A DNA stretch of 64,000 bases from Methanobrevibacter thaueri (GTDB taxonomy: Archaea > Methanobacteriota > Methanobacteria > Methanobacteriales > Methanobacteriaceae). Below are positions 1 through 10,206 of the stretch, one piece after another (position 1 is the stretch's first letter; each line of letters opens with the position of its first letter). The stretch spans positions 21,942 to 85,941 of the forward strand of contig NZ_SUTK01000003.1 in NCBI RefSeq assembly GCF_015062905.1, given 5' to 3'. The notes beneath the pieces were generated by a model. It ran no database searches. It was not told the DNA's origin and worked only from the letters and a program-made list of their open reading frames with translations. Position numbers and translations under genes: made by a program.

Positions 1-2
1 CA

Positions 3-143
3 GATGCGGTAGGCGCTGATGCTGATAAGATGGTCGCTGATGCTAAAAGGTTAAACCCAAATGTTAAAGTAATCAAATCAAGTCTTAAACAAGGTTTAGG
101 ATTGGATGAAATCATTCAAGTCATTGAAGAAGCAATGAAATAA
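3..143 (+). CDS. hypB: Hydrogenase nickel incorporation GTPase HypB, 3' end only (5' partial)
   Basis: Frame 3 reads DAVGADADKMVADAKRLNPNVKVIKSSLKQGLGLDEIIQVIEEAMK*, typical of the C-terminus of methanogen HypB. Not in the ORF track. Confidence 0.8.
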   Translation, partial: DAVGADADKMVADAKRLNPNVKVIKSSLKQGLGLDEIIQVIEEAMK

Positions 144-165
144 TCAAATTAATTTAGGTGGTAAC

Positions 166-1197
166 ATGAAAGTATGGATTGATATCTCAAATGCGCCTCA
201 TGTAAGGTTTTTCAAGGATGTAATCAAATATCTGGAAGCCGAAGGTGAGGATGTTATTGTCACAGCAAGACAATTTGGGGATATCCATAAGTTGCTTGAG
301 ATGTATGATATAGACTTCATTTCAGTTGGAAAACATGGCGTAAGTCTTTATGATAAACTTAGGGAGAGCACACAAAGGGTATTCAACCTTGTGGACATTA
401 TACATGGTGAAAGGGTTGATGTCGCCCTTAGCAAGCATTCCATTGAACTTCCTAGAATCTCATTCGGTCTTGGAATTCCAAGTTTGTACGTTTTGGATAA
501 CGAAAAGGCATTGGCAGCCAATAAGCTGACCCTTCCGTTATGTGACAGGATTATTGCTCCAAGTAGCATCGACTTTTGGCAATTGATGAAATTCGGTGCA
601 GATCCGAACACTATCATTCCATATGACGGTACCTCTGAATTGATGCATTTTAAAAGTTTTGTATATAACGACAATATTTTTGACGATTTGAATCTTAACT
701 TAAATCATTCAAAGACAATATTGATGAGGCCTGAACCTTCACTTGCATCATATCTTGATGTTGACTGCAGGAAGTCAGTCCTGTCACCTATTGTTGATGA
801 GCTGAAAAATGTGGCCAATATTTTGATATTGCCAAGATTCAAGGAACAGTCTGAAATATTTGAAGGCATTGAGAATGTTCATATATTGAAACCGCCTGTC
901 GACACATCAAGCATCATTAAAAAATCAGATCTTGTAATCGGTGCGGGTGGAACAATGAACAGGGAAGCTGCAATCCTTCAGACTCCGGTCATTTCCTGCT
1001 ATCCTGGTGAAACATTGTCAGTTGACCAGTATTATGTGGATAAGGGTTTGATGTACAGGTCCAATGATACCGATGATGTCATTGAAAGGGCACTGGAGTA
1101 TATAGTCAATCCCCATGAAAAAATTGATGTTGAGACTGATGATTTATTCCAGGTGATTATGGATAATTTATATGATTTGGCCAAAAATGGTAAATAG
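166..1197 (+). CDS. DUF354 family protein (GT-B-fold, glycosyltransferase-like)
   Basis: N-terminal WIDISNAPHVRFF and C-terminal DLVIGAGGTMNREAAILQTP motifs; AGGTGG RBS upstream. Confidence 0.8.
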   Translation: MKVWIDISNAPHVRFFKDVIKYLEAEGEDVIVTARQFGDIHKLLEMYDIDFISVGKHGVSLYDKLRESTQRVFNLVDIIHGERVDVALSKHSIELPRISFGLGIPSLYVLDNEKALAANKLTLPLCDRIIAPSSIDFWQLMKFGADPNTIIPYDGTSELMHFKSFVYNDNIFDDLNLNLNHSKTILMRPEPSLASYLDVDCRKSVLSPIVDELKNVANILILPRFKEQSEIFEGIENVHILKPPVDTSSIIKKSDLVIGAGGTMNREAAILQTPVISCYPGETLSVDQYYVDKGLMYRSNDTDDVIERALEYIVNPHEKIDVETDDLFQVIMDNLYDLAKNGK

Positions 1198-1250
1198 TTT
1201 TTTATAGTAATAATGTCATATAGTAATATGATATTCATTATTGATTTTTT

Positions 1251-1323
<73 letters not shown>

Positions 1324-1359
1324 TTTTATATTTTAATAAATTAAATTTGTGATAGTAAT

Positions 1360-2442
1360 ATGTTGTTAATTGCTCAAAACCACTTACAATTAATTGTTGA
1401 AGTAGGAATAATGCTATTAGTTGCATGGATATTTGCACTAAACTTGATTCCATTGTCCTTAAGTGTTGTAACCTTCTTATCATTGTTTGTTATGGGTGGT
1501 TTTACACTTATTTTTGGAGCGGACATCGCTCTTTTGATATTGTCTTCAAGTCAAGCGGAATTCACTCACCCGTTCGGGCCAATCGCTCTTATGGGTTCGG
1601 TTGCTGCTTTGGCATCGCTGAAGGTAATGAAGGAATCGGGTGTGGATATACGGCCTCTTAGAAGATTTGTAATATTGTTCCTGGCAGGAATCACCATTTT
1701 CGGTGGATTGATGCACAGGTCATTTTTAATCTTATGGCTGATTGGTTTATTCTTCGGTTATTTGATTATATCCAAATCATTCAGGGAAAAATCCGTAATT
1801 ACCTTAAGAAGGGTAGGTTTGTTCTTAGGTGTTGCAGGAGTAGGTTTTATTCTCCTGGAAGCCGTTTCAAGAATAACTGGTATGACAATCTTTTCACCTA
1901 TATTGAGGTTCAGCAGGATTGAGCAATACTCATTATCAAGTATTAAGACTGTATTGCATAACATTCAGCTAATAGGACACAGTGCAAAGGCTTCCTATTG
2001 GGGAGCGGAAGGTACGGCATTTGCTGAAGGTTATATTACGTTGCCGATGCAGTTCGTTTTATTCTTCGGACTTCCTTTCCCAATGTTCTTTGGTATACTG
2101 GTAAACCAAAAGGATACAATCGATTATATGCTTCCAGGTATCTTTGGTTATGGTTTTGACTTTGGTATATTGGGACTTGTAGGATTGATGGTATTTGTGC
2201 TTGGAACTATACTGATTGGTTTCCAGGTATTAAACAGATACAGAGAAAAAAGAGAGAAAAACAACAAGAAATACTTGGGAAGAGAGGTATTGTTGACAGG
2301 AGCATTGGCTTCATTCTGTGCACAGGCATTAATCGGTATGTTTGTATTTAACAGAACAATCAACGGTATGGCATTATTAACATTCATATTTGTCGGTACT
2401 TTTATTTTGGCTAATGTAGTTACACTCAAAACAAGATCATAG
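1360..2442 (+). CDS. Polytopic membrane protein, weak resemblance to O-antigen ligase/polymerase topology
   Basis: 360 aa with about 10 hydrophobic segments; HRSF motif, large loop, then DFGILGLVGL. Confidence 0.6.
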   Translation: MLLIAQNHLQLIVEVGIMLLVAWIFALNLIPLSLSVVTFLSLFVMGGFTLIFGADIALLILSSSQAEFTHPFGPIALMGSVAALASLKVMKESGVDIRPLRRFVILFLAGITIFGGLMHRSFLILWLIGLFFGYLIISKSFREKSVITLRRVGLFLGVAGVGFILLEAVSRITGMTIFSPILRFSRIEQYSLSSIKTVLHNIQLIGHSAKASYWGAEGTAFAEGYITLPMQFVLFFGLPFPMFFGILVNQKDTIDYMLPGIFGYGFDFGILGLVGLMVFVLGTILIGFQVLNRYREKREKNNKKYLGREVLLTGALASFCAQALIGMFVFNRTINGMALLTFIFVGTFILANVVTLKTRS

Positions 2443-2452
2443 AGGTAATTTT

Positions 2453-2911
2453 ATGAAAGCTTTAGTTTTACTTGGATGTCCAGAAACTCCATCTCAAACT
2501 CCGATGGCTGTTTATGTTTTTAATAAATTGACAAAAATGGGTTATGATACTACCATTGCTGCAAACCCTGCGGCTTCCAAACTTGTAAAGATATCTGACC
2601 CAGAAGGACTTTACAATCTTAATATTGTTGATTTGGAAAGAACATTGGGGGATATCAAAGAAGGAGATTATGATTTATTGGTAGGTTTTGTTCACAAGGA
2701 TGCAGCAGCATCATTTTTCGTAACATTCGACCAGATATTGCAGACAAAATCCCTGGCACTGGTATTTTCAAGGGATGCTGATGAAGTGGCTGAATTTGTA
2801 ACAATGATTGAAGAGAGCGGAAGCGATGCATATATTGCGGCTGTAAGGGCTTTCCATAATCCTTCACCGATAAAAGTTAAATTTGAAAGAGCAATAAAGG
2901 AGTTTGAATAG
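2453..2911 (+). CDS. DUF1890 family protein
   Basis: MKALVLLGCPETPSQTP, AANPAASKLVKISDP and AFHNP motifs; GAGGT RBS. Confidence 0.8.
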   Translation: MKALVLLGCPETPSQTPMAVYVFNKLTKMGYDTTIAANPAASKLVKISDPEGLYNLNIVDLERTLGDIKEGDYDLLVGFVHKDAAASFFVTFDQILQTKSLALVFSRDADEVAEFVTMIEESGSDAYIAAVRAFHNPSPIKVKFERAIKEFE

Positions 2912-2912
2912 A

Positions 2913-3227
2913 ATGTCTTTTTGTTTAGATACTTACCTTCAACAGTCTGATAACTATGAAATCCATGCATCCAAAGCAGGATTTAAGGACTGTGCAATGA
3001 TTATCAGATTCAAGGCAGATGATATTGTTTACATTAAGCCTGGCGATGAGGTTTTAGGTGTTCGCGTTATTGGAATTCCACCAATTCCAATAGGATTTGA
3101 CAATGAAAAGGGAACAGTATTCCTGCCGTATACAAAACCGTGTCACGGAACTTCCGTTGTAGAGCTTCCAATCGATGAGGAAGAAGTCGAAAAAATCAGA
3201 AAATTGGATACTGGTAACAAAAAATGA
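2913..3227 (+). CDS. DUF1894 family protein
   Basis: ATG at 2913 (MSFCLDTY) just after the upstream stop; GVRVIGIPPIPIG and PYTKPCHGT motifs. Confidence 0.75.
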   Translation: MSFCLDTYLQQSDNYEIHASKAGFKDCAMIIRFKADDIVYIKPGDEVLGVRVIGIPPIPIGFDNEKGTVFLPYTKPCHGTSVVELPIDEEEVEKIRKLDTGNKK

Positions 3228-4168
3228 GATCTACAGTTGTTGGAAGTTTTCCAGTTGAAGTAAAAGGGCCATCTTCAACCAAAGATAAGTTATTGAATGC
3301 ATTTGGAGCATATGACCCTTTTAAAGAGGCTATTAAAAGTAGTGTAGTTGCCCAGCTTGATGCAGGAGTGGATATAATCTCCGACGGTCAGGTCAGGGGA
3401 GACATGGTTTCTATTTTTACAGAGTATATTCCTGGAATGAGGATTGTTGACGGAAATACTGAAATTGTTTCAAAAATCAGAAATCCTACTCAGGAGATTT
3501 CAGTTAAGGACCTGCAGTTTGCCAAAAAGGTCATGAAAGATTACTTTAACGGAAGAATTCCTGAAGGCAAAGGCGTTAAAGGGATAATCACAGGTCCGAA
3601 TACAATCGTTCACTCTTCAAGAATCGCAGGTTTTTACAAAAACAAGGAAGATGCCATAATCGATTTGGCACATTCTTTGAAGTTTGAAGTGGATGCAATA
3701 GCAAAAAAGGTCAATCCAGTTTATATTCAAATCGATGAGCCTTTCCTATCAACCGGAATGGTGGATATGAAAACCGCCCGTGAAGCCATAGACATTTTGC
3801 ATGATGGATTGGAAATACCGTTGGCTATGCACGTTTGCGGAATCCTTAAGGATGCATTTAAGGACATTTCCAGATTCAATGTTGACATATTGGATTTCGA
3901 GTTTGCTGGAAACAATGTCAATCTTGATGTTTTAAAGGAAAATTATAATCTTGTTTCAAACAAAAAGATAGGTTTCGGATGTCTCGATTCATCTGTAAAC
4001 GTTGTTGATGATGCAGATGATGTTGATAATCTCATCACAGAAGCTATTGAAATTGTCGGAAAGGATAATTTGCTTTTGGATCCTGATTGCGGATTGAGAA
4101 GGGCTCCAAAGGATGTTGCTTTTGAGAAATTAAGACTGATGAATGAACTTAAGGATAAGTACAGCTAG
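3224..4168 (+). CDS. metE: Methionine synthase, single-domain MetE core (methylcobalamin:homocysteine methyltransferase type)
   Basis: STVVGSFP, ISDGQVR, TGPNT, QIDEP; zinc ligands HVC and PDCG. 314 aa, catalytic barrel only; ATGA overlap with the upstream gene. Confidence 0.9.
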   Translation: MRSTVVGSFPVEVKGPSSTKDKLLNAFGAYDPFKEAIKSSVVAQLDAGVDIISDGQVRGDMVSIFTEYIPGMRIVDGNTEIVSKIRNPTQEISVKDLQFAKKVMKDYFNGRIPEGKGVKGIITGPNTIVHSSRIAGFYKNKEDAIIDLAHSLKFEVDAIAKKVNPVYIQIDEPFLSTGMVDMKTAREAIDILHDGLEIPLAMHVCGILKDAFKDISRFNVDILDFEFAGNNVNLDVLKENYNLVSNKKIGFGCLDSSVNVVDDADDVDNLITEAIEIVGKDNLLLDPDCGLRRAPKDVAFEKLRLMNELKDKYS

Positions 4169-4213
4169 ATTTTTAATCATTTCTTCAACTACCTAATCAT
4201 CACTGGTGTTTAA

Positions 4214-4753
4214 ATGGACGAATTTTGCAGTAAATGTGGCGAAAAATTAAAGGAAGATGCATTGTTCTGTGCCAATTGTGGAGAAAAGGTTCCAAATAAA
4301 CAGAACAGATTTTTAAACAAGCATATGCTGATAATAATAGTTATTTTTGCAATTATTGCGGTCTTTTTATCATCCATTCTATTGACTGGCCATACTCAAA
4401 CGGTCAAGGTGGACAATGTGGAATTTGAAATCCCTGCCGATTATGTCAAGGAACCTCTGAGGACCGATGTCAGCTACGACGGAAACGTCAAGTCAAGCGC
4501 AATGGGCTGGAGCAATGATGACAATTATATTGAGATAGGAGTTACAAGGACTCCCGGAGCCGGAATTGATAGCCAGAAGGTAGCGGCGGATTTGGGTGGA
4601 ACTCCTGCTAAAATGTATGGTTATACAGGTTATTATTTGGAATATGAAAATGAAGGTTATGCATTCGTATTCGGAATAAGAGATGAGGTCTGTATGGTAT
4701 ATGTTTCAGACTATGATGTGTTTGATGATATTAATGTCATAGGTGCGGTTTAA
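4214..4753 (+). CDS. Zinc-ribbon membrane-anchored protein
   Basis: FCSKCG...FCANCG, then one TM helix and a small extracellular domain. Confidence 0.75.
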   Translation: MDEFCSKCGEKLKEDALFCANCGEKVPNKQNRFLNKHMLIIIVIFAIIAVFLSSILLTGHTQTVKVDNVEFEIPADYVKEPLRTDVSYDGNVKSSAMGWSNDDNYIEIGVTRTPGAGIDSQKVAADLGGTPAKMYGYTGYYLEYENEGYAFVFGIRDEVCMVYVSDYDVFDDINVIGAV

Positions 4754-4792
4754 AAAAATAAGTAAAGTGGGATAAAAAATCAATTCCCAAAT

Positions 4793-5545
4793 CTAACGAT
4801 ATTCATGTTTGAAGTTCTTGTCATATAGCTTGGATGCATTAAAGTCTCCAGGGTCTAAGACATCTCCCACCACAATCATTGCAGTCTTTGTAATATTGGC
4901 ATCTTTAACTTTTTGTGCAATATCTGCGAGGGTTCCTCTAATTATTTGCTGGTCTGGCCAAGTTGCCTTTTTGACTACTGCAACAGGAGTTGTTTCTTCG
5001 TAACCTTCCAGCAGTTCATCAACCACCTTGTCAATCATTCCTATGCCCAAAAAGATGCACATGGTTGCATGATGCTTTGAAAAGCTAGCAAGACTTTCAC
5101 CTTCCGGTTTTGGAGTTCTGCCTTCCGGACGTGTAATTATGACACTTTGTGAAATCTCAGGTAAAGTTAACTCCGCTTCAAGAACACTTGCAGTACCGAA
5201 TAGGGAACTTACTCCCGGTATGATTTCATATTCGATGTCGTGCTTTTTGAGTTCGCGTATTTGCTCGCCGATTGCCCCATAGATTGACGGGTCGCCGGTA
5301 TGTACACGGGCTACCAATTTGCCTTCATTAACCGCTTCAGTTATTATTGCGTCAGTTTCCTCTAAATTTAAATAAGCACTATTGTGGATTACACATTCAT
5401 CTTTTGCAGGACATAAAACATTTTTATTGACAAGTGAACCGGCATAGATGATTACGTCAGCTTTTTCAATTACATTTCTTCCTTTAACGGTGATTAAATC
5501 AGGATCTCCAGGTCCTGCACCAATAAAAACAACTTTACCTTTCAT
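4793..5545 (-). CDS. cbiF: Cobalt-precorrin-4 C11-methyltransferase
   Basis: GAGPGDPDLITVKG, YAGSLV, RVHTGDPSIYGA, C-terminal SKLYDKNFKHEYR (CbiF/CobM). Confidence 0.93.
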   Translation of the reverse strand: MKGKVVFIGAGPGDPDLITVKGRNVIEKADVIIYAGSLVNKNVLCPAKDECVIHNSAYLNLEETDAIITEAVNEGKLVARVHTGDPSIYGAIGEQIRELKKHDIEYEIIPGVSSLFGTASVLEAELTLPEISQSVIITRPEGRTPKPEGESLASFSKHHATMCIFLGIGMIDKVVDELLEGYEETTPVAVVKKATWPDQQIIRGTLADIAQKVKDANITKTAMIVVGDVLDPGDFNASKLYDKNFKHEYR

Positions 5546-5642
5546 AATATTATTTTTAATTTATTTATTATTTAATCATTTTGTATCAAAATTGACTTTG
5601 ATTTTGAGCAAAATTTATTAATTTCTAAAATAATTAAGAAAT

Positions 5643-6035
5643 ATGGATAATAAAGGTTTTATTTCAATAGAATATCTATTTTCATTATTTATTCTTGTCA
5701 TTATTGCATTAGGTGTGTTGTTTTTCGCATCATCCGCAATATCGTCAAGTTTGAATATTGAAGATAGTGCAATGCACAGGATGATTCTTGATGATGTGGC
5801 AAATCAAATCAGTCAGGTAAACTCGAATGGAATCGGATATTCAAAATACATCAGGCTGCCATCCGATAAGGGATATTTTGAGATTACCGCTGAGAGGAAC
5901 AGGCTGACTATGGAATACGGAGATAAAAAAGGTGAGACATTGATGATGCTGGCAGACCTGGACTCGGAATATAAGCTGGTCAGCGGAAGAAGCTATGTGA
6001 TAACAAAAACCGCTGAAGGGGTTGTGATATCATGA
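5643..6035 (+). CDS. Class III signal peptide (type IV pilin-like) protein
   Basis: MDNKG|FISIEY followed by a long hydrophobic helix; Glu at +5. Confidence 0.7.
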   Translation: MDNKGFISIEYLFSLFILVIIALGVLFFASSAISSSLNIEDSAMHRMILDDVANQISQVNSNGIGYSKYIRLPSDKGYFEITAERNRLTMEYGDKKGETLMMLADLDSEYKLVSGRSYVITKTAEGVVIS

Positions 6036-6529
6036 GGGATAATCGGGGACAGATTTCAGCTGAATTCCTCTTTGTTTTTGGCGTTTTGATACTGATTGTC
6101 ATGCTGTCGATAGTCTTTGTAGCAAATGAACAGGAATTGAATGTTGCGATGAGTGCAGCTCGAAGCGGTGCAAATGAAGGGATTGCAACATCTTCCGTAG
6201 CAATCTATCCGAAGGACACGTTTTGCGATTATTCGCAATCAAAGACAAGTTTGCTGTATCCCCATGATGTTGAAATAGTCAACGTTTCGTATAGTGAATT
6301 GGGCCATGACATTAACTATGATAAAAAGAGGATACAGTTCAGGGTATATGCCAAAACGTCCAAACACTTCAGCAGTTCCGAACTGGTTTCCATTGGGGAT
6401 AGGATAAACTATAACCTGAGAAAGTCAATTGCTGTAAGCTTCAACAGTACATCATCAACGAATAAGTTGTATAATCCGGTGTTTTCTCCACATTATGTCT
6501 ACACAACCGCTAATGTTAAATGGATTTAG
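6032..6529 (+). CDS. Class III signal peptide (type IV pilin-like) protein
   Basis: MRDNRG|QISAEF with Gln+1 and Glu+5, then a hydrophobic helix; ATGA overlap. Confidence 0.8.
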   Translation: MRDNRGQISAEFLFVFGVLILIVMLSIVFVANEQELNVAMSAARSGANEGIATSSVAIYPKDTFCDYSQSKTSLLYPHDVEIVNVSYSELGHDINYDKKRIQFRVYAKTSKHFSSSELVSIGDRINYNLRKSIAVSFNSTSSTNKLYNPVFSPHYVYTTANVKWI

Positions 6530-6545
6530 GGATATACAATAAATT

Positions 6546-6917
6546 ATGAACAGATATGAAAAAGGTAAAAAATGCTTGGAGGGCATTCAAAATAAGTCAG
6601 TTGAAGAAATCTTTAAGGAACTTGATGAAATCGCTCCTGATTTGTCAAGATTCGTCATTGAGTATCCGTATTCTGAAATATATACCCGTGACGAAGTCGA
6701 CTTGAAGACACGTGAAATCTGTACAATTTCAGCGTTGACCGCTCTTGGAACAATTCCTCAGCTTAAGGAGCATATCAATGCCGCATTGAATGTAGGTAAT
6801 ACTCCTACAGAGATTGTTGAAATCATGATGCAGATGAGTGCTTATTGCGGGTTTCCTAAAGCAATCAATGCAGTCATGGCAGCAAAAGAGGTATTTGCCG
6901 AAAGGAATCTGCTCTAG
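6546..6917 (+). CDS. Carboxymuconolactone decarboxylase family protein
   Basis: YSEIYTR..DLKTREICTISALTALG..QLKEHINAALNVG..EIVE..YCGFPKA. Confidence 0.85.
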   Translation: MNRYEKGKKCLEGIQNKSVEEIFKELDEIAPDLSRFVIEYPYSEIYTRDEVDLKTREICTISALTALGTIPQLKEHINAALNVGNTPTEIVEIMMQMSAYCGFPKAINAVMAAKEVFAERNLL

Positions 6918-6924
6918 GTGAACA

Positions 6925-7176
6925 ATGTATCTTGATGACATTAACATTTCAGAGGCAGGCTATGACAGGGTATGCCTTAACTGCAAGTACTGGCAAACAG
7001 TCACCCAATTGGAAGGCCCCGCTCAGGGGGTGGTCTGCCGTTTGGGAAACGGCCACACAAATCCGAATGATGCCTGTAGCCAATTCATGCCGAACAGCAC
7101 CTTCGACAGCTTACAGGACCCAAACAAATATCATGACAAGTCACACAAGTTAAATGTATATAAACGATTTTTATGA
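6925..7176 (+). CDS. Small four-cysteine hypothetical protein
   Basis: CLNCKYW...VVC...DACSQF; AGGTGA RBS; ATGA overlap with the next gene. Confidence 0.65.
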   Translation: MYLDDINISEAGYDRVCLNCKYWQTVTQLEGPAQGVVCRLGNGHTNPNDACSQFMPNSTFDSLQDPNKYHDKSHKLNVYKRFL

Positions 7177-7478
7177 CTTTTGAAAGAATAGCAAGTAAAT
7201 TACAAGAGGAATTGATTGAAATAATCAAATCCAATAAGGAATTGAATGATTACGAGATTATAGTGTACAAATATGTTTTCATTTCTGAGCTTGGAATACC
7301 TCTTTTAGAGGATTTGGGGGTTGAAATAACTGAGGATTCATTCATATTGTATATCATTCCTGATGATTTGGAATTTGATCTCCTGCGTAATTTGGATGAT
7401 GCATTTGATAGGTTTGAAATCACATTTTTGCCTAATTCATATAATATTTTAAAATTGAAATTCAAGTTAAGTGATTAA
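7173..7478 (+). CDS. Hypothetical protein
   Basis: 101-aa acidic ORF coupled to the genes on both sides. Confidence 0.65.
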   Translation: MTFERIASKLQEELIEIIKSNKELNDYEIIVYKYVFISELGIPLLEDLGVEITEDSFILYIIPDDLEFDLLRNLDDAFDRFEITFLPNSYNILKLKFKLSD

Positions 7479-7847
7479 ATGTATAATGAAGAAGAAAAAC
7501 AGCAATTGATGAATGATTTGATTGAAATGGAAACATTCCAGGCGGATGTTGGTGATGAGGGAAAAATACTGCAAAAAGATTTGAAGGAGTATTTCATCAA
7601 TGGCAATGGAGATAGGGAAGATCTGATTTTCAGATTGGAGTATTATTTCTATGCCTTCAAAATGTTCTGCCGAAAATCAATAAAAATAGACAGGAATCAG
7701 TTCATTGTATATTTGAACGATTCCCTTCTGGATTATCACTTGATAAATCTTGTTAAAAACGATTTAGATGAATTTGAACTGGAAATAGAAGCAGTCAAAG
7801 AAAATAGGGATGTGCTGATTAACCTTAATTTCACCCTGCATTTCTAG
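7479..7847 (+). CDS. Hypothetical protein
   Basis: 122-aa ORF starting right after the upstream stop; 4-nt convergent overlap with tatD. Confidence 0.65.
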   Translation: MYNEEEKQQLMNDLIEMETFQADVGDEGKILQKDLKEYFINGNGDREDLIFRLEYYFYAFKMFCRKSIKIDRNQFIVYLNDSLLDYHLINLVKNDLDEFELEIEAVKENRDVLINLNFTLHF

Positions 7848-8605
7848 ATTTTGAAAATCTTGAGGGCGTTTCTGGTGGTGATTTCATCAACAGTTTCAAC
7901 GTCCATATCTTTTATCTCAGCGATTTTATGAACTGCATTGACAACGTTTGCAGGTTCGTTTCTCTCTTCTTTTGTCATGGCTAGATATGGGCTGTCGGTT
8001 TCGGTTAGGACATAGTCAAGGTCTATCTTTTCAATAAGGTCCTGATGATGCTTTGAATAGCACAACATTGTGGAAAAACTCATAACACAGTTGTCCATGT
8101 TCATAATCTTTTTTGCAGTCTTAAGGCTTCCTCCGTAACAATGAAAAACAAAATATGGAATGTCTTCGTATTCTGGAATGATGTTGACTGCCTTTTTCTC
8201 ACAGTCCCTAACATGCATGACAATAGGCACTTTATATTCGTTTGCAAGTTCCAGAAATCCTCTGAATATCTCCTGCTGTCTTTCACGCAATGCCTTGTCT
8301 GTAACGTAAAAGTAATCCATTCCGACTTCGCCAATTGCAACAATGTCATTTAGATATTTGTCAATATTTTCATGTGCTGTTTTGATGTCTTCTTCAGTGG
8401 CGTTCTGTGAGCTTACCGGATGAAATCCGAATGTAGGATATATGAATCCTTCATAATCTTTTGAAAGCTGCAGGACATCCATGTTGCTGTCGTTGCTGTA
8501 TCCTGAAACGATAACATGGTCAAGCTTTTCCCGGGCTCTTTTTATGACGTCCTCACGGTCGCTGTCAAAGTCCTTAAAATCAATGTGGCAATGGGTATCG
8601 ATCAT
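7844..8605 (-). CDS. tatD: TatD family hydrolase (DNase)
   Basis: IDTHCH, GFHP, AIGEVGMD, FHC, ETDSPY, RNEP motifs. Confidence 0.92.
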   Translation of the reverse strand: MIDTHCHIDFKDFDSDREDVIKRAREKLDHVIVSGYSNDSNMDVLQLSKDYEGFIYPTFGFHPVSSQNATEEDIKTAHENIDKYLNDIVAIGEVGMDYFYVTDKALRERQQEIFRGFLELANEYKVPIVMHVRDCEKKAVNIIPEYEDIPYFVFHCYGGSLKTAKKIMNMDNCVMSFSTMLCYSKHHQDLIEKIDLDYVLTETDSPYLAMTKEERNEPANVVNAVHKIAEIKDMDVETVDEITTRNALKIFKI

Positions 8606-8607
8606 GT

Positions 8608-9381
8608 TTAAACTCCAAATCTGCGTTCGCGCTCTTGATATGATCTGATGGCCCTTATAAAATCAACTTTCCTAAGTTCAGGCCATAATGTTTCACAGAA
8701 ATACAACTCTGAATAGGATGATTGCCATAGCAGGAATCCGCTTAGGCGTTCCTCTCCGCTGGTACGGATAATTAAATTAGGATCGGCCAGTCCTCCTGTA
8801 TAAAGGTTTTTGCTTACAAGTTCTTCATCAACATCATCGACAGTGATTTCACCGGCTTGCACCTGTTCAATAATCTTTTTAAAGGAATCTATGATTTCCA
8901 AACGTCCATCATATCCAATAGCTATGTTAAATAATCTTTTGTCATATTTTGATGTTGCATCTTCAGCTTCCTTGATTGCTTCGCGCACGCTTTCAGGCAT
9001 TAGCTCGGTTCTTCCGACCACTTTCACCCTGACTTCGTTTCTGTGTATTTTTTCGTGGTCAACTAACCTTTTGAAGTTTTTGACAAAGAGTTTCATCAGT
9101 CCTTCGACTTCATGTTGTGGCCTGTTGAAGTTCTCTGTTGAAAAGGCATAAACGGTAATAATTTCAATTCCAAGTTCGATACTCCAGTCAAGAACCTTCT
9201 CCAAGGTGTCCACTCCTATTTCGTGACCTTTTATAACGTCAATGTTTCCTTGAATTTTGGAGTATCTCCTGTTTCCATCCATAATTATAGCAACATGTTT
9301 TGGCATTTTTTCCGGCTTTAAATCACGTGTAATGTACCATTCATATAATCTATAAAGTATGTTTTCTGACATTTTCATCAC
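8608..9381 (-). CDS. uppS: cis-prenyltransferase (undecaprenyl/polyprenyl diphosphate synthase)
   Basis: [43 protein letters not shown]. The true start may be ATG 9378 or 9372. Confidence 0.95.
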   Translation of the reverse strand: MMKMSENILYRLYEWYITRDLKPEKMPKHVAIIMDGNRRYSKIQGNIDVIKGHEIGVDTLEKVLDWSIELGIEIITVYAFSTENFNRPQHEVEGLMKLFVKNFKRLVDHEKIHRNEVRVKVVGRTELMPESVREAIKEAEDATSKYDKRLFNIAIGYDGRLEIIDSFKKIIEQVQAGEITVDDVDEELVSKNLYTGGLADPNLIIRTSGEERLSGFLLWQSSYSELYFCETLWPELRKVDFIRAIRSYQERERRFGV

Positions 9382-10095
9382 TTATTTTGATAATTCATCA
9401 GCTAAAATTAAACTACGGACATAACCATCAATGCTTTGGTCTCGGCTTGTGTCGATGTAGACCCTGTCGATGCCGAAGGTTACTGCTCCATGACTTGGCC
9501 ATGAACTGACCAGAACAAGTGTCCTGAAAATTATGTTTCCTGCACGTCCGTTAGGAGCAATGATAATGTTGGCTTTGCTGTTTATAGCTTTTTCTATTAA
9601 AATAAAGCAGTTTTCGACTTCTTCATCTGTATTTTCTTGTATCATTTTTGTTAATTTTTTGCTGTCGATTATTGAGTTTGATACTTCGCTGCCTCTTCCG
9701 AAGTCATCTTCCCTTCCTTCAGCCAAAATTGCAATTTTAGGCTTTTTGCCCACTTTTTTTAGAAAGTCAATACAATTCCGAACGATTTCATATTTTTCCT
9801 CAACGGTATTGCCTTCATCAATCCCTACAGGAGATAACAGAAATTCATGTCCGTCTCCATTAACATATGTTGCCCTTGACAGGTTAGGGTAATGTTTTTT
9901 GAGATATTGCATAATATTGGAGGCAGGAAGTGACCCACGAACTACTGCATCGACATTATCGTCTAAAACAGCTTTTATTAAGTCATCATCACTATATATA
10001 AGTCTTATATCCGTTTTTGGGTGTTTTTCTTTGAAAATATGACAAGCTTGTATGATATTTTCGTTTTCACCAACACCAATAGCTATTGTTTTCAT
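9382..10095 (-). CDS. mtxX: Methanogenesis marker protein 4 (MtxX)
   Basis: VRGSLPAS, LLSPVGIDEG, GREDDFGR, APNGRAGNIIFRTL, IDTSR; directly upstream of uppS. Confidence 0.85.
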   Translation of the reverse strand: MKTIAIGVGENENIIQACHIFKEKHPKTDIRLIYSDDDLIKAVLDDNVDAVVRGSLPASNIMQYLKKHYPNLSRATYVNGDGHEFLLSPVGIDEGNTVEEKYEIVRNCIDFLKKVGKKPKIAILAEGREDDFGRGSEVSNSIIDSKKLTKMIQENTDEEVENCFILIEKAINSKANIIIAPNGRAGNIIFRTLVLVSSWPSHGAVTFGIDRVYIDTSRDQSIDGYVRSLILADELSK

Positions 10096-10206
10096 TAATT
10101 TAATTATATATATTTCATTATAAATTAAAGTTTTCTAATTTGTCTTGATTTGTGAAAAATTTTTAAGTGAGTAAGTCAAAAATATTATTAAATTGTGGGG
10201 ATTTTC

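Noticed and set aside
8608..9381. uppS as part of the glycan locus
   Set aside because: It lies in the mtxX-uppS-tatD housekeeping operon about 6 kb away, separated by unrelated genes.
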